64,000 nucleotides of DNA from an uncultured Clostridium sp. (GCA_948469315.1 CAOKLQ010000002.1:80211-144210); one strand, 5' to 3'; counted from the first letter of the stretch, positions 20,340-31,241 are shown. The notes: a model not told the origin generated them from the letters alone. Numbers and translations are program-made.

Positions 20340-21508
20340 ATTTTTGCCTCCTTAAACTAAATACTGAAATTACTGTTGCTATACCTGCAAAAATAAGTAG
20401 ACTTGCTATATTAAAAATAAATCTATCTAATGTATCATAATAATATAATGAGTAAAATCCATCTGTTATCATACTTGCTGGATTTATTTTATTTACAATT
20501 GGCATATTTGTATCTACCATATATTTCATTGTAATTCCCATCATTCCAGATAAGAAACATCCTAGCATTGTAATAGATATTAATATACCTGTTTTTGTAT
20601 TTTCATTTGTTTTTAATAAAGTTCCTATTAATAATCCAATAGATAATCCTGTTAAACTTCCCACTGCTCCTAATAAAATTACTAATGGAAGATTGCTTCC
20701 ATAATCTACTTTTAATACAAATACTGTATATATAAATAAAAGTGCTAAACCAATTATCTGTGTTAAATAACTTGCAACAATACTACTTAATATTACTTTT
20801 AGTTTTGATATAGGTGCAACAGATATTCTTTTTCCTTTGCTACTCATGTTTGCTAAATTTTGATTTATAGTAAACATTGCTAATATTCCACCATATAAGC
20901 ATGCCATTGCAATTAATGTATAATATTCTATCATTGTATAACTTAAATTTTCATTTGATATGTTTTTTATATTTGACTGTTCATTTTGTGTTAAGTCTAT
21001 TATTTTATTATAAATTTTTTCATAATCTACTTGTACATTTCCCGCCATCATTTCTTTTTTTATTTCATTTTCAGATAAATTGTTTATAATTTCACTTGTT
21101 TGTACAATTTCTTCTGTTACATATTTAAAAATTGTTTCATTTATTCCACTTGTTGTAACTATTACTTTTGGATTTTGGTTTTCTAATATCATATAACCAC
21201 TTATTTTGTCATCTTGCAAAAGTTCTTTTGCTTCTTGCTGGGTTACATATTTTGTATTAAATAATCTATCTTCATTATTTCCATCACTTAAAGTTTTAAA
21301 AGTTTGTTTAAAAATTTCGTTATTTTCAAATTCTTCATTATCAACTATTGCTATATCAATTATTTCTAATTTTTCACTATTTTCAATATTTGAAAAAGCC
21401 ATATTGAAAAATGTTCCGAAGTATTATTGGAAAGGCAAATGTCCAAAATATTAGCATTTTGTTTTTAAAGAGAGTTTTTAAAGAGTATTTAAAATTATGC
21501 ATAAACAT
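20326..21508 (-). CDS. ABC-2 type exporter permease; frame interrupted at in-frame CGG 21418..21416
   Basis: ATG at 21508 overlaps the ATPase stop. [30 protein letters not shown], then the +1 frame GTFFNMAFSNIENSEK... Confidence 0.7.
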
Positions 21509-22447
21509 TAGTCTCTAAGCTCCTTTCCTGTTAATTCTAAAAATACATCATTTAGTGTTGGTCTTTCCGAATAAATTTTATTATATTTTATACTCTCTTT
21601 TTTTAAATAATCTATTAGTTCTAATAAATTATTTTTTCCCTCTTTATATACAACAAGTAAGATGTTTCCATTATATGTTACATCATCTACATTTTCTATT
21701 TGCTTAATTTGCTCTATATATTTTTTATCTAAATTATTTACCTCTACTGTTACTTTTTCTTCTATTTTAGCGAGTTTTTTTAATTCGTCTGTTGTACCAC
21801 TTGCTAAAACTTTTCCTTTATCTAATATAATTACTCTATCACAAATAATTTCAACTTCTTCCATATAGTGTGTAGTATATACTATTGTTGCTCCATTGTC
21901 TCTTAGTTTTTTTATTCCATCTAATATATTATTTCTACTTTGAGGGTCTACTGCAACAGTTGGTTCATCTAAAAATATTAGCTTAGGTTTATGTGCAATT
22001 CCACAAGCTATATTTAATCTTCTTAAAAGTCCTCCTGATAATTGTTTTGGATGAAATTTTTTAAATTCTTCAAGTCCTACTAGTTCTATTGCATCTTCAA
22101 TATACTTATTTCTTTTTGTTTTATCTTTTATATATAAACCACAAAAATAATCTATATTTTCATACACTGTTAGTTCTTCAAAAACTGCTACATCTTGAAA
22201 TATAACACCTATTTTTGCTTTTATATCATAACTGTTTGGTTTCATTTCTTCTCCAAATATCTTTATACTTCCATTTTTAAATTTTAATAATGATAATATA
22301 CAATTTATTGTTGTAGACTTTCCACTTCCATTAGGTCCGAAGCAATCCTAAAATCTCTCCTTTTCGTACTTCAAATGATAAGTCATCAATTGCTTTTAAA
22401 TCTTTGTACTCTTTTGTTAAATTTCTGACTTCGATAATATTATCCAT
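21508..22447 (-). CDS. ABC transporter ATP-binding protein; frame interrupted at in-frame CGG 22339..22337
   Basis: [36 protein letters not shown], then the +1 frame [10 protein letters not shown] (Walker A). LSGG signature and Walker B follow downstream. Confidence 0.85.
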
Positions 22448-22573
22448 TTTCTTCCCCCTTATTATTTTTATTAGTTTACCATTTATTTTTGGTTTTGTAT
22501 AGTGTTTTATTGTAAACTATATAAAGACACTCCAAAACTTGAAGTGTCTTTATATAAATATTTACTTTAGATT

Positions 22574-22705
22574 TTATCTCATTTGAGATTTTTCTTTTTG
22601 TTTCATTTTTTGATATTCAGAATCTTTTTTTAGCTTCCGATGAGCCATAAAAAATCCTACTGCAAGTTCAATTAACATTATTATAATAATAACAAGCCTT
22701 CCCAT
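22574..22705 (-). CDS. 43-aa single-TM peptide (hypothetical)
   Basis: AGGAGG SD. MGRLVIIIIMLIELAVGFFMAHRKLKK... Contains an in-frame CAT-CGG-A, so the C-terminus is ambiguous. Confidence 0.35.
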   Translation of the reverse strand: MGRLVIIIIMLIELAVGFFMAHRKLKKDSEYQKMKQKEKSQMR

Positions 22706-22860
22706 AAGCTGTACCTCCTTTTTTACTAATAAAAATGTTAAAAAGCAAGAATAAAATTTTCTAAGTGGTAAAGCCACATAAGAAAATCTAATTCTTCTAT
22801 AATTATCTTCTAAGAAAACTCACCACTTTCGTGGATGATTTTCCCAAGAATATAAAAAAC

Positions 22861-22901
22861 AACATATCTCAACAAGTACAATGTACCTATTGAGATATGT
22901 T
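22861..22901 (-). terminator. terminator of the P-type ATPase
   Basis: AACATATCTCAA..TTGAGATATGTT 12-bp stem followed by a T-run on the minus strand. Confidence 0.6.
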
Positions 22902-22921
22902 TTATTATTTATGCTGTAGAA

Positions 22922-25534
22922 TTATTCGCATATGCCCATTTTTCCTACAACTGCCTTACGAACAAGGTCAATAGGAATTATCATAAAGGCAATAATAACA
23001 ACAGCAATCCAGTTAGTTAATGTTAATGGAGTTGTTCCAAAAACTTTTCCACCAAACTGAATAATAATTACCTGGATAACAGTTACTGCAGACATAACCA
23101 AAATAAAGTTTTTGTTTTCTGCAATATGCTCAAATAAATTCATACTTTCTGTTCTAGCATTAAAGCTATTCCAGATAATTGCCATTATGAAAGTAGCAAA
23201 CATAAAAGTTCTAACTACACTTAAGTCCGTACTTCCAATAAGGTTGTATACACCAAAGATGTTCTTCAAGATACCGAGACAGATAATAGTAATAAATACA
23301 CCACCTGCCAAAATTGAACTCTTAAGATATCCATTAAGAATATCTGCTGTGCGAGCAACTGGTTTTTCTTCCATATACCTCTCACGAGCAGGCTCCTGAC
23401 CAAATGCAATAGCGGCCAGAGTATCCATAATCATGTTGATCCAAAGAATCTGCACAATTGTAAATACTTCTGTCCAACCAAGGATAGGTCCAAGCACTGC
23501 AGTAAACACTGTACTTACATTTACAGTAAGCTGGAAGATAATAAATTTCTTGACTGACTTACTCATGGTACGTCCATACATAATTGCATCTGCAATGGAT
23601 GTTAAACTATCATTAAGAATAATGATATCGCCTGCCTCTTTTGCAACTTCTGTACCAGAGCCCATAGCAAATCCTACATCTGCTTTATGTAAGGCTGCTG
23701 CATCATTTACTCCATCTCCTGTCATACCAACAACTTCTCCGATAGACCGGCTTACTTCAACAAGCCTTTCTTTGTCTGAAGGAACTGCTCTTGCAACTAC
23801 CTTCAAATTTGGCAGTGCCTTAATCAATTCTTCATCAGACATCTTAGAGAGTTCTTCATGTGTAATGCAGATGTCGGTTGGTTTTGTTACAAGTCCAGCT
23901 TCTATTGCAATAGCTCTTGCAGTTGAAATAACATCACCTGTTACCATTGTAACATTAACACCTGCTCTGCACAATTTACTAACAGATGCTTTAACATCCT
24001 TGCGAACATCATCTCTGATAGAAATCAATGCTACAAAGGTTTTTTCGCCTGCATATTCTTTTACAATAGCAATAACCCTCATTGCTCTCTCAGTTTGTGC
24101 ATCCCAAGCACCTTTTAGTTTAGACTGAATTTCACTTGTAAATGGCTGTTTTACTCCAGCTTCATCAATGTAACTTGTGCAACCTTCCATAATGATGTCA
24201 GGAGCACCTTTAAGGTATTTTGTACCATCTGGCATAGTAACAGATGCATACTTTACTTTTGAGTCAAATGGCTCGGAACTTTCGATTATACTCTTATCGA
24301 TTTGGTTCTTATTTTCAATAGCAAGATATGTAAGTAAAGCCCGGTCTGTATCGTTTGAGCCAATCGCTTTTCCATCACCACTTATTGTTGCATCATTATT
24401 TATACCTGCACCAATTTTAATATCATTTCGAATAGTTGAATTGCAGATACAATCGAATTCCTCATAAATGCGTGAGTCTCCAGTAATAACGTTTACAACT
24501 CTCATTTTGCCTTCAGTTAGAGTACCTGTCTTATCTGTAAAGATATGTGTCAAGTAACCAGCTGTTTCAATCGCTTTTGGATTCTTTACATAGATATGTG
24601 CTTTAAGCATTTTACCTACATTTAATCCCTGAACCAAAGTGTTCATCAAAGGCAGTCCCTCTGGAACAGCCATAACAACAATAGAAACACCAAGTACAAG
24701 ACTGCTTAAAATCAAATAAGCAATACCACCTACTGTATAGTTTGACATTCTTATTAATCCAAGAATCAGATTAATAATAGCAGCAGCTCCACCACCACAA
24801 TATCCGAAAATGCCAATTCCTTTTGCCAATCGGTCCAACTTTTCTTCTGAAGGAGTTTTACTTTCATCTTTTTCCTGCAAAGATACATTAATTGTACCAA
24901 GTACAGTGTTGTCTCCTACATCTGTTACCTGCATAATTGCAGATCCAGAAGTAACAACACTCCCACGGAAGCATTTAAACTCAGTAAACAAATCATCGTT
25001 ATTTGGAGTAGGATTATCTCCAAGAATAACTTTCTTAGCTTCTCGGCTTTCTCCATTAAGAGCAGCCTGATCAACTTTTAGGGAACCATCAATTAAAATG
25101 CCATCTGCTGGAATTTTATCTCCTGGCTGCAAATATACGCAGTCTCCATAAACAATATCATTAATTGATAATTCTACTAACTTTCCATCACGATAAACTT
25201 TTACTTTAATCTGACTTGCCTCACGCTGCAATGCTTGTGCTCCGCGGTCCTGTTTATAATTAATATAAGTACCAATAACAGAAACAGCAACAATTACTAC
25301 AAAAATAGCAACTGCACTAAACCAGTCATCAGATCCCATATCTGGCCAAATACGACCAATGATATAAAACACTACCTCCAGAGCTAAAGCTACCATCAAA
25401 ATCTTTAGCCAAGTGTCGTTAAGTGAATCCTTCAGCATATCCCAAAAGCTTTCGCTTTCCCGCTGCGTGAGTTCATTTGAACCCTTTTTCCTGTTCTCAT
25501 TTGCCTGATCTGTTGTTAAACCAATATTTTTCAT
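22922..25534 (-). CDS. P-type cation (Ca2+-type, P2) transporting ATPase
   Basis: DKTGTLT, MVTGD and GDGVNDAAAL motifs. 870 aa with about 10 TM helices. Confidence 0.9.
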   Translation of the reverse strand: MKNIGLTTDQANENRKKGSNELTQRESESFWDMLKDSLNDTWLKILMVALALEVVFYIIGRIWPDMGSDDWFSAVAIFVVIVAVSVIGTYINYKQDRGAQALQREASQIKVKVYRDGKLVELSINDIVYGDCVYLQPGDKIPADGILIDGSLKVDQAALNGESREAKKVILGDNPTPNNDDLFTEFKCFRGSVVTSGSAIMQVTDVGDNTVLGTINVSLQEKDESKTPSEEKLDRLAKGIGIFGYCGGGAAAIINLILGLIRMSNYTVGGIAYLILSSLVLGVSIVVMAVPEGLPLMNTLVQGLNVGKMLKAHIYVKNPKAIETAGYLTHIFTDKTGTLTEGKMRVVNVITGDSRIYEEFDCICNSTIRNDIKIGAGINNDATISGDGKAIGSNDTDRALLTYLAIENKNQIDKSIIESSEPFDSKVKYASVTMPDGTKYLKGAPDIIMEGCTSYIDEAGVKQPFTSEIQSKLKGAWDAQTERAMRVIAIVKEYAGEKTFVALISIRDDVRKDVKASVSKLCRAGVNVTMVTGDVISTARAIAIEAGLVTKPTDICITHEELSKMSDEELIKALPNLKVVARAVPSDKERLVEVSRSIGEVVGMTGDGVNDAAALHKADVGFAMGSGTEVAKEAGDIIILNDSLTSIADAIMYGRTMSKSVKKFIIFQLTVNVSTVFTAVLGPILGWTEVFTIVQILWINMIMDTLAAIAFGQEPARERYMEEKPVARTADILNGYLKSSILAGGVFITIICLGILKNIFGVYNLIGSTDLSVVRTFMFATFIMAIIWNSFNARTESMNLFEHIAENKNFILVMSAVTVIQVIIIQFGGKVFGTTPLTLTNWIAVVIIAFMIIPIDLVRKAVVGKMGICE

Positions 25535-25750
25535 AGTTTACCCTCCTTAAAGTTTTATTTGTTAATTAGTTTCTTGTTACCAGAAAAAATTAGGTTTTCA
25601 TTTTGTCCTCCTTGCCTTTATATTTAATTTTAAATGTGCAACTTAGATATTGTAAAATTTATACATCTAACAATATCTATAATTCTACGAACATTAATTT
25701 ATTGTACATAAAGTTATGTATCAATATAAAAAATATTTCGCATAGTTTGT

Positions 25751-25779
25751 ATTATATCATGTATGCTGTTTTATGTCAA
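25751..25779 (-). promoter_or_regulatory. sigma-A promoter of the ATPase
   Basis: Minus strand TTGACA-N17-TATAAT with TG at -15/-14 (..CATGATATAAT). Leader about 210 nt. Confidence 0.55.
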
Positions 25780-25874
25780 TTAATTTTACATAAAATATTA
25801 TATTTTTTTACATAAAAAACATACCCACCATAACCTAAAAGGTATACGATGGGCATGTCCATAGTGATACATTT

Positions 25875-26165
25875 TTAATATTCAATTTTATTTCCTAAAG
25901 TATCCTCAAGGTATTTTACAATTTCCTCCTTATGTTCTTCAAGAACATATGTAAGTTTCCATGTATCATCTGAGATTCTTTCAATTTCTGCAAATACTTT
26001 ACCAGACTCTACATTTTCAAAGATAACTTTGGAAAAATCTTTTATACTTGGTATATTAGTGCACAAATCTAAATCAACAGTTACCAATTCTTTTGAGGAC
26101 TCCTCCCAGCCTTCATAGCTTTTTAAATTAATTACATCACCTTTTTTTAACATCAATTTAGCCAT
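25875..26165 (-). CDS. hypothetical 96-aa protein
   Basis: GAGGAGGAA SD. MAKLMLKKGDVINLK... The N-terminus resembles the first TerD beta-strand motif. Confidence 0.5.
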   Translation of the reverse strand: MAKLMLKKGDVINLKSYEGWEESSKELVTVDLDLCTNIPSIKDFSKVIFENVESGKVFAEIERISDDTWKLTYVLEEHKEEIVKYLEDTLGNKIEY

Positions 26166-26246
26166 TTTTATTCCTCCTCGCATTACGCACATTTTGATTT
26201 TCCTCTTAATGTTACTTTGAGGATTTTTTACCATTAAACTGATTTT

Positions 26247-26275
26247 ATTTTACCATATTTACATAATATCGTCAA
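26247..26275 (-). promoter_or_regulatory. sigma-A promoter
   Basis: Minus strand TTGACG-N17-TAAAAT with a preceding TGG. Confidence 0.45.
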
Positions 26276-26340
26276 TAAGCTTTTGTATTTTAAATTTTTT
26301 GATATAGATAAAATTCTATAGTTTTTTATATAAAACCAAA

Positions 26341-26375
26341 AAGAAATCCATTCTGCAACGCAAAATGGATTTCTT
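26341..26375. terminator. terminator after telA
   Basis: AAGAAATCCATT..AATGGATTTCTT flanked by T/A runs. Confidence 0.6.
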
Positions 26376-26402
26376 TTTTCAACTACTATCTTAAACAAAA
26401 AA

Positions 26403-27494
26403 TTATTTTATATTCCTAATAGCAGTTATAAGTGATGTTTCTAATTCTTTTAATTCCTTTGTATCCTGTTTTCTTTTTTCTATTCCTTCCCTTGTAATCT
26501 TGGTTGATTCTGTTAATGCTTCTATTGCATTTTGATTAACCTGTCTAACTGTCTCAATATCTAGTACTCCCCTTTGATTAGCTTTAGCAGCCTCAACAGC
26601 TAGATCTTTACCAGCTTCTGATACTTTTAAAAACATTCTGTTTGTTATATCGGTAACATTGTTTGCTGCATCTAACCCCGTTTGTACAGTTTTAATTCCA
26701 AGTGCAACAGCCATTTCAGTTTTCCATAAAGGAATAGATGTATTAATTGCAGTTTGAATAGTATCTTCAACTTGCTGTGCACTCTTTTGCACAGTCCTAA
26801 TCTGTGGTGCTAAACTAATGGCAATCGCTCTTGTCATTTTTAGATCATATAATCTTTTATCAAAACGATTAACCTCATCTGCAAAATCTCTAACTTCTTG
26901 TGGATCAGCATCTACATCTTTTTGTAAATCCTCTAACTCCTGCTTTGCATCTTCTAAGGAAATCTCCCCAGCATATATCAATGTTGTAAGATACTCATAT
27001 GTTTCTCTGTTTGAAGCATATAAAGACTCAAAATCATCATATACTTTTGATACTTCTCGCTTTTTTGTTGTAAGCTGCTCAACTATTAATTCTATTTTCT
27101 TGTCAACAGACTTATAACTATCAATTATTGCTTTTGCCTTTTTCTTTGAATTAGAAAAAAGTTTTCCAAAAAAGCCATTATCACAATCAGAATCATAATT
27201 ATTAATTTGATTCATTGCTTCATTTAGAAGTTCTCCCGTTTCTCCAATCTCTTTTGAACCACGCCCAGACAACATTGTATCTGCAAATTTGCCAAGAGTT
27301 GTTTGATGCTCTGCTCCAAAGTTTGTTACAAAGTCTCTACTTTTGATGTCAATACTAGATACTATACTCCGTACATTTTCTTGCATAGCAGGAGTAAGTT
27401 TTTCTCCATAGTTACTTGGTAAACTTAATAATTCTGCTGGTAATACGTTTGTCCCATTCTCTGTTGTTTGTGTTATATTGTTTCCTTCTGTCAT
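26403..27494 (-). CDS. telA: TelA/KlaA-family toxic anion resistance protein
   Basis: 363-aa all-helical protein with the typical length, adjacent to TerD genes. Confidence 0.8.
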   Translation of the reverse strand: MTEGNNITQTTENGTNVLPAELLSLPSNYGEKLTPAMQENVRSIVSSIDIKSRDFVTNFGAEHQTTLGKFADTMLSGRGSKEIGETGELLNEAMNQINNYDSDCDNGFFGKLFSNSKKKAKAIIDSYKSVDKKIELIVEQLTTKKREVSKVYDDFESLYASNRETYEYLTTLIYAGEISLEDAKQELEDLQKDVDADPQEVRDFADEVNRFDKRLYDLKMTRAIAISLAPQIRTVQKSAQQVEDTIQTAINTSIPLWKTEMAVALGIKTVQTGLDAANNVTDITNRMFLKVSEAGKDLAVEAAKANQRGVLDIETVRQVNQNAIEALTESTKITREGIEKRKQDTKELKELETSLITAIRNIK

Positions 27495-27528
27495 TGTTCT
27501 ACCTCCTAAAATTTATTATGTTTAATTT

Positions 27529-28104
27529 TTATAGATAACTTCCTGCTACTTTTACTAAATCTCCTAAATCCTTCGAAGTTACTGATTCTTCAATAGCTCT
27601 TATTTTCCAGCTATTTTTATAAGGATAAATCTCGGCCCAAATCATTCCATTTCTTTCTTTGTGTTCTAACCATTTAATATTCTGCTGAATGATATCAGTA
27701 TTTTTATCATGACTATATACATGTAAATACCCATTTTCTATCATTCCATAATGCTGATTTAATTCTGCTCCCCATAATATATTTGTTACAATTGACATTT
27801 TTTCTATATCACTTGGAAGTTTTTCAAAATCTATACTCACTCTTAAATCATCATCATTCCAAGAACTCCCATTACAATGGTCTGTATCATCAAAAATAGA
27901 ATTTGATTCATCATGTGGATTTCCATACCAAATTGTATAAATTCCTTTTGTATTGCTTTTACATATAACAGCAATATCTACAACAGTATGAATATCCATT
28001 TCTTTAGAAGATAATCTAATACCAATGCTTATTTTACCTATATTAGAGTTCTTTTCATTTGATAGATTTCTCCGCTCTCCTTGTTCTAAGTATTGGATTT
28101 GCAC
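27529..28104 (-). CDS. TerD-fold protein, degenerate Ca2+ site
   Basis: LEQGERRNL start motif and a C-terminal W..RAIEE motif. The GDN..GDGDDE site is replaced by DHCNGSSWNDDD. GTG start. Confidence 0.7.
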   Translation of the reverse strand: MQIQYLEQGERRNLSNEKNSNIGKISIGIRLSSKEMDIHTVVDIAVICKSNTKGIYTIWYGNPHDESNSIFDDTDHCNGSSWNDDDLRVSIDFEKLPSDIEKMSIVTNILWGAELNQHYGMIENGYLHVYSHDKNTDIIQQNIKWLEHKERNGMIWAEIYPYKNSWKIRAIEESVTSKDLGDLVKVAGSYL

Positions 28105-28233
28105 ATTAACATTCCCCCTTGCTAATTATACAACATATAATTGTTAAAAACAGTTACTAAAAATATTTATATTATTAAGAAACATCCCTCCTTTATTTAA
28201 AATTCAAATTAGATTTCCTAAATTATGTTTACC

Positions 28234-28262
28234 ATTTTATCATGTAGTTTAATTTATGTCAA
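28234..28262 (-). promoter_or_regulatory. sigma-A promoter (TerD-like/telA unit)
   Basis: TTGACA-N17-TAAAAT, ..CATGATAAAAT. Confidence 0.5.
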
Positions 28263-28361
28263 GAATAATATCTATTTTTTGCATATTAAAAGCCCCATTG
28301 TATGAGGCTTTTAACATCTTAATTATAATTTAAATATAAAACTATAACAAAAAAATTAATG

Positions 28362-29003
28362 TTACTGATTTTTTAACATGTGTGGGGCATATTTCTCCAC
28401 AACATCATATAGATTCATTCCATATATTTCTATGAAATCTTCTAAGTCATTGTTTGAACCTTCCTCAATTGCCTTGAACTCCCACTCGTCATCATTAATA
28501 CGATCGAGCTGTCCAAAAACCATACCTACATTATCAGATACATGAGCTTCTTCTGATAACGAAAATCTTATTTTTTCATTTTTTTCGCTATCCATAATTC
28601 GTACATATGCATTATCTACTAATCCAAAATGCTGGTCAGTACGATGGTCATATATTGTAACCAGCGCAGCTATAGATTGAGCCCAATCTGGAAGTTTGCT
28701 CAAAATAATCTCTACTACTTCGGCATCCCCATCACTTTCGCTTCCAATACCTACTTTATTATCTCCAGAATGTTTCAATGCCCCCTTTGGTGCATTTTTG
28801 TGCTCATACCATATGAAGTAACGGTCATCCCTACATATGCCATATTCGTCAAGGCAGACTAATGACAAGTCTAAGTCAAAATCTCTTTTTCCATTGTACC
28901 TATTGGTGTTCCAAGATAAAGCAAAATATGCAGCCTCTTTGTAAGAAATTAGCTTTGTTAACTTAAGCCGTTCACCTTTCTTCAATCTAATATCATTACC
29001 CAT
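28362..29003 (-). CDS. TerD-family protein
   Basis: LKKGERLKL, HSGDNKVGIGSESDGDAEVVEI and EWEFKAIEE. Confidence 0.85.
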   Translation of the reverse strand: MGNDIRLKKGERLKLTKLISYKEAAYFALSWNTNRYNGKRDFDLDLSLVCLDEYGICRDDRYFIWYEHKNAPKGALKHSGDNKVGIGSESDGDAEVVEIILSKLPDWAQSIAALVTIYDHRTDQHFGLVDNAYVRIMDSEKNEKIRFSLSEEAHVSDNVGMVFGQLDRINDDEWEFKAIEEGSNNDLEDFIEIYGMNLYDVVEKYAPHMLKNQ

Positions 29004-29016
29004 AATCTAGTCCTCC

Positions 29017-29703
29017 TTATCCAAATAATCTGCTAAAAAATCCTTTTTTTGGAGCTGGCTCTGATGAATTTAAAAATTCTTCCCAACTCTGGTTCATAGT
29101 TGCTGTGCTTGAATATTTCTTCTTTATGATTTCAACCATTTCGGAAATATTTCTTACTCTTGCTGGTTCTCCAATAGCAGCAAATTCCCATTCACCACCA
29201 TTTTTGTAGAATTCACCAACAAACATTCCAGTTTTTTCCTCAAATTTTGATGAATTTTCGATTGAATACTCTACAAGTTCTTTCTGGGTATTTACATCAT
29301 AAAGATGAATATATGCATCTCTAACCATAGATAAATCCTGGTGTTTATTATATGCCTCATAGATATTCATTATGACAATCAATCTCCCATAACTAGGATC
29401 TAATTGTTCAAAATTTATATCAATTTGTTCATCATCTTCATTTTTTTTCCCCTTTTTTCCACCTCCGCCAGTTAAGTCATCTCCATGATAGAAAAATTCA
29501 TTTGATCTCTCTGGATCCCTATAGGATATTTGCTTTACATACCGTCCATCATTGTCTAAAACAACAATGGACTGATCTAAATCCCATGTATGACCAGATT
29601 TAGATGGCTTCCATCCCATTCCACACATTACTTTTTGCAATTCCTTTACTAACTTTGTAAGCCGTATACTTTGGCTCTTTACTAATCTTATTTTTTCTGC
29701 CAT
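29017..29703 (-). CDS. TerD-family protein with Lys/Gly insertion in the metal loop
   Basis: YHGDDLTGGGGKKGKKNEDDEQIDINF and EWEFAAIGE. Confidence 0.8.
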   Translation of the reverse strand: MAEKIRLVKSQSIRLTKLVKELQKVMCGMGWKPSKSGHTWDLDQSIVVLDNDGRYVKQISYRDPERSNEFFYHGDDLTGGGGKKGKKNEDDEQIDINFEQLDPSYGRLIVIMNIYEAYNKHQDLSMVRDAYIHLYDVNTQKELVEYSIENSSKFEEKTGMFVGEFYKNGGEWEFAAIGEPARVRNISEMVEIIKKKYSSTATMNQSWEEFLNSSEPAPKKGFFSRLFG

Positions 29704-29820
29704 AATAATCCTCCTTATTAGATCAGAAAATACCTTGTTTATAAGTTACATTAATTTTTTATTCCTCCCTTCGTTATAACGAATAGTTTTTTATACAACA
29801 CTATTGTGTTTATGTCGACT

Positions 29821-29849
29821 AATATATCATAATTCACTTTTTTTGTCAA
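29821..29849 (-). promoter_or_regulatory. sigma-A promoter (two-TerD unit)
   Basis: TTGACA-N17-TATATT, ..TATGATATATT. Confidence 0.5.
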
Positions 29850-29882
29850 CATAATTTTTTTGTATTAGATGTTACTTATTTT

Positions 29883-29949
29883 AAAAGTAGATGTTAAACG
29901 AAAAAGAGTCCAGTATTACTAGACTCTTTTTCGTTTAACATCTACTTTT
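29883..29949. repeat. perfect 28-bp inverted repeat with an 11-nt loop
   Basis: AAAAGTAGATGTTAAACGAAAAAGAGTC / GACTCTTTTTCGTTTAACATCTACTTTT. The right arm encodes the last 10 codons of the 29919 ORF. Confidence 0.9.
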
Positions 29950-31046
29950 AGAAAATTTTTAATAAAATCACTATAAGAATAAAATTCTAATTTTTCTAAG
30001 CTAGATTTTCTTGAGATAATCTCAAATTGTAAGTTATCTCCATAATTTATTCTCTCATGTAACAAGAACTTCATTTTGTCAATAACTCTGACTCTTTTTT
30101 CTTCTAGATTTAACTCAACACTATCAATCATATTATCATTTGGAATTATTATAGCTATTATTATATATGAGTTTCTTAACAATAGTAATTGTAGCATCGC
30201 TCTTATATAATATTCTATATCTTTGCAATCTACTATATCATAAACAATTTCTTCCTCTATACCATTTTCCCAGTCATTTTTAAACACAGTACTTCTTTTT
30301 AGAGTTTCTAATTGGTTTCGATTAATAGTAGTGCATCTAACCCAAATATTGCCAAATGGAGGTTTTTGAAACACAATATTAAGTTTATTTATTGCACTTA
30401 ATTGTTCTGGTAGCAAATCTTTTTCTAAATCAATGTCAATAACATTTTTTCTAAAATCTCCAAATTGATAAGTTTCTACATTCCCATTTCTTTCTACTAA
30501 ACGTAAGCTAGTGTTTTTAGGAATATTATAATCATCTAACTTCCAGTTTTCTTTGTACATTTCAAGGCGCTTTCTAATAATTTCATCAAGTTCTGGAATT
30601 ACATTTATAGAATTTATTTGTACTACTATTTCAAATGCTTTACTAAAAACATCTTCTAACTTTGCACTTTCTAATTCTTCATAAAAACTATAAGAAGCTT
30701 TTCCCCATAAATCCTTACATTCTCTCTCTTTTTGAATTAAGTTATCTTTTATTTGTATGATTACTTTTACAACATTTTCATACTGCTTAATTTTCTTTTT
30801 AAATAAAATTACTTGATCCTCTAAAAGAGCACTATTAATATAAGAAGATTTTAGTTTAAAAATATCATTTGTATAATACGCCTCTAATTCTCTTATAAAG
30901 TCTATAACTTCTGCTAATTGAATTGTATTATCATTCCGCTTATTAGTATTATTAGCTAATGATACTTCATCTACAATCTCATTTTCCCTGTCTTCAACAT
31001 CTAATTTAAAAAAATCAGATATTGATTTTAAAATTTTATTTGCCAT
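29919..31046 (-). CDS. hypothetical 375-aa protein, no recognisable domain
   Basis: Long ORF with its own consensus promoter. More AT-rich than the neighbouring island genes. Confidence 0.5.
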   Translation of the reverse strand: MANKILKSISDFFKLDVEDRENEIVDEVSLANNTNKRNDNTIQLAEVIDFIRELEAYYTNDIFKLKSSYINSALLEDQVILFKKKIKQYENVVKVIIQIKDNLIQKERECKDLWGKASYSFYEELESAKLEDVFSKAFEIVVQINSINVIPELDEIIRKRLEMYKENWKLDDYNIPKNTSLRLVERNGNVETYQFGDFRKNVIDIDLEKDLLPEQLSAINKLNIVFQKPPFGNIWVRCTTINRNQLETLKRSTVFKNDWENGIEEEIVYDIVDCKDIEYYIRAMLQLLLLRNSYIIIAIIIPNDNMIDSVELNLEEKRVRVIDKMKFLLHERINYGDNLQFEIISRKSSLEKLEFYSYSDFIKNFLKVDVKRKRV

Positions 31047-31110
31047 TTTTATTCTCCTTTCAATTCAAAGTAATTACTTTAATTGTTATACCTATAAAAA
31101 TATAATTAAG

Positions 31111-31139
31111 ATTATATCATTCGTTTTAAATTATGTCAA
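31111..31139 (-). promoter_or_regulatory. sigma-A promoter of the 29919 ORF
   Basis: TTGACA-N17-TATAAT, ..AATGATATAAT. Confidence 0.5.
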
Positions 31140-31155
31140 CATTTCAAGAATTATG

Positions 31156-31184
31156 TTGACATGTTATGCTTAATATGATATTAT
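31156..31184 (+). promoter_or_regulatory. sigma-A promoter of the vWA gene
   Basis: TTGACA-N17-TATTAT, ..TATGATATTAT. Its -35 box lies back-to-back with that of the divergent promoter. Confidence 0.5.
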
Positions 31185-31241
31185 TTTATCATTGCAAGTG
31201 ATGTCGCAATAATTATAATAAGCTTAAGGAGGAAAAACATT

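Noticed and set aside
22450-22920. Search for an integrase, tRNA target or flanking direct repeats at the Ter island borders (also 39718-39782).
   Set aside because: Nothing was found beyond terminator hairpins. The island is therefore called on composition and codon usage only, not as a defined mobile element.
23433-24128. 231-aa plus-strand ORF and several other 60-140-aa ORFs in the track that lie antisense to long conserved genes (for example 5811-6158, 10896-11453, 13341-13841, 36803-37183, 45494-45904 and 51218-51628).
   Set aside because: They lie entirely inside well-supported genes on the opposite strand. They have low-complexity, codon-shadow compositions, no SD sequences and no recognisable motifs.
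28105-28227. Leader peptides in the island 5' leaders, that is SD-like AGGAGGG or GGGAGGA boxes followed by ATG.
   Set aside because: The SD-to-ATG spacing is 0-2 nt in one case, and another is an ATG-TAA start-stop. There is not enough support to call these upstream ORFs.
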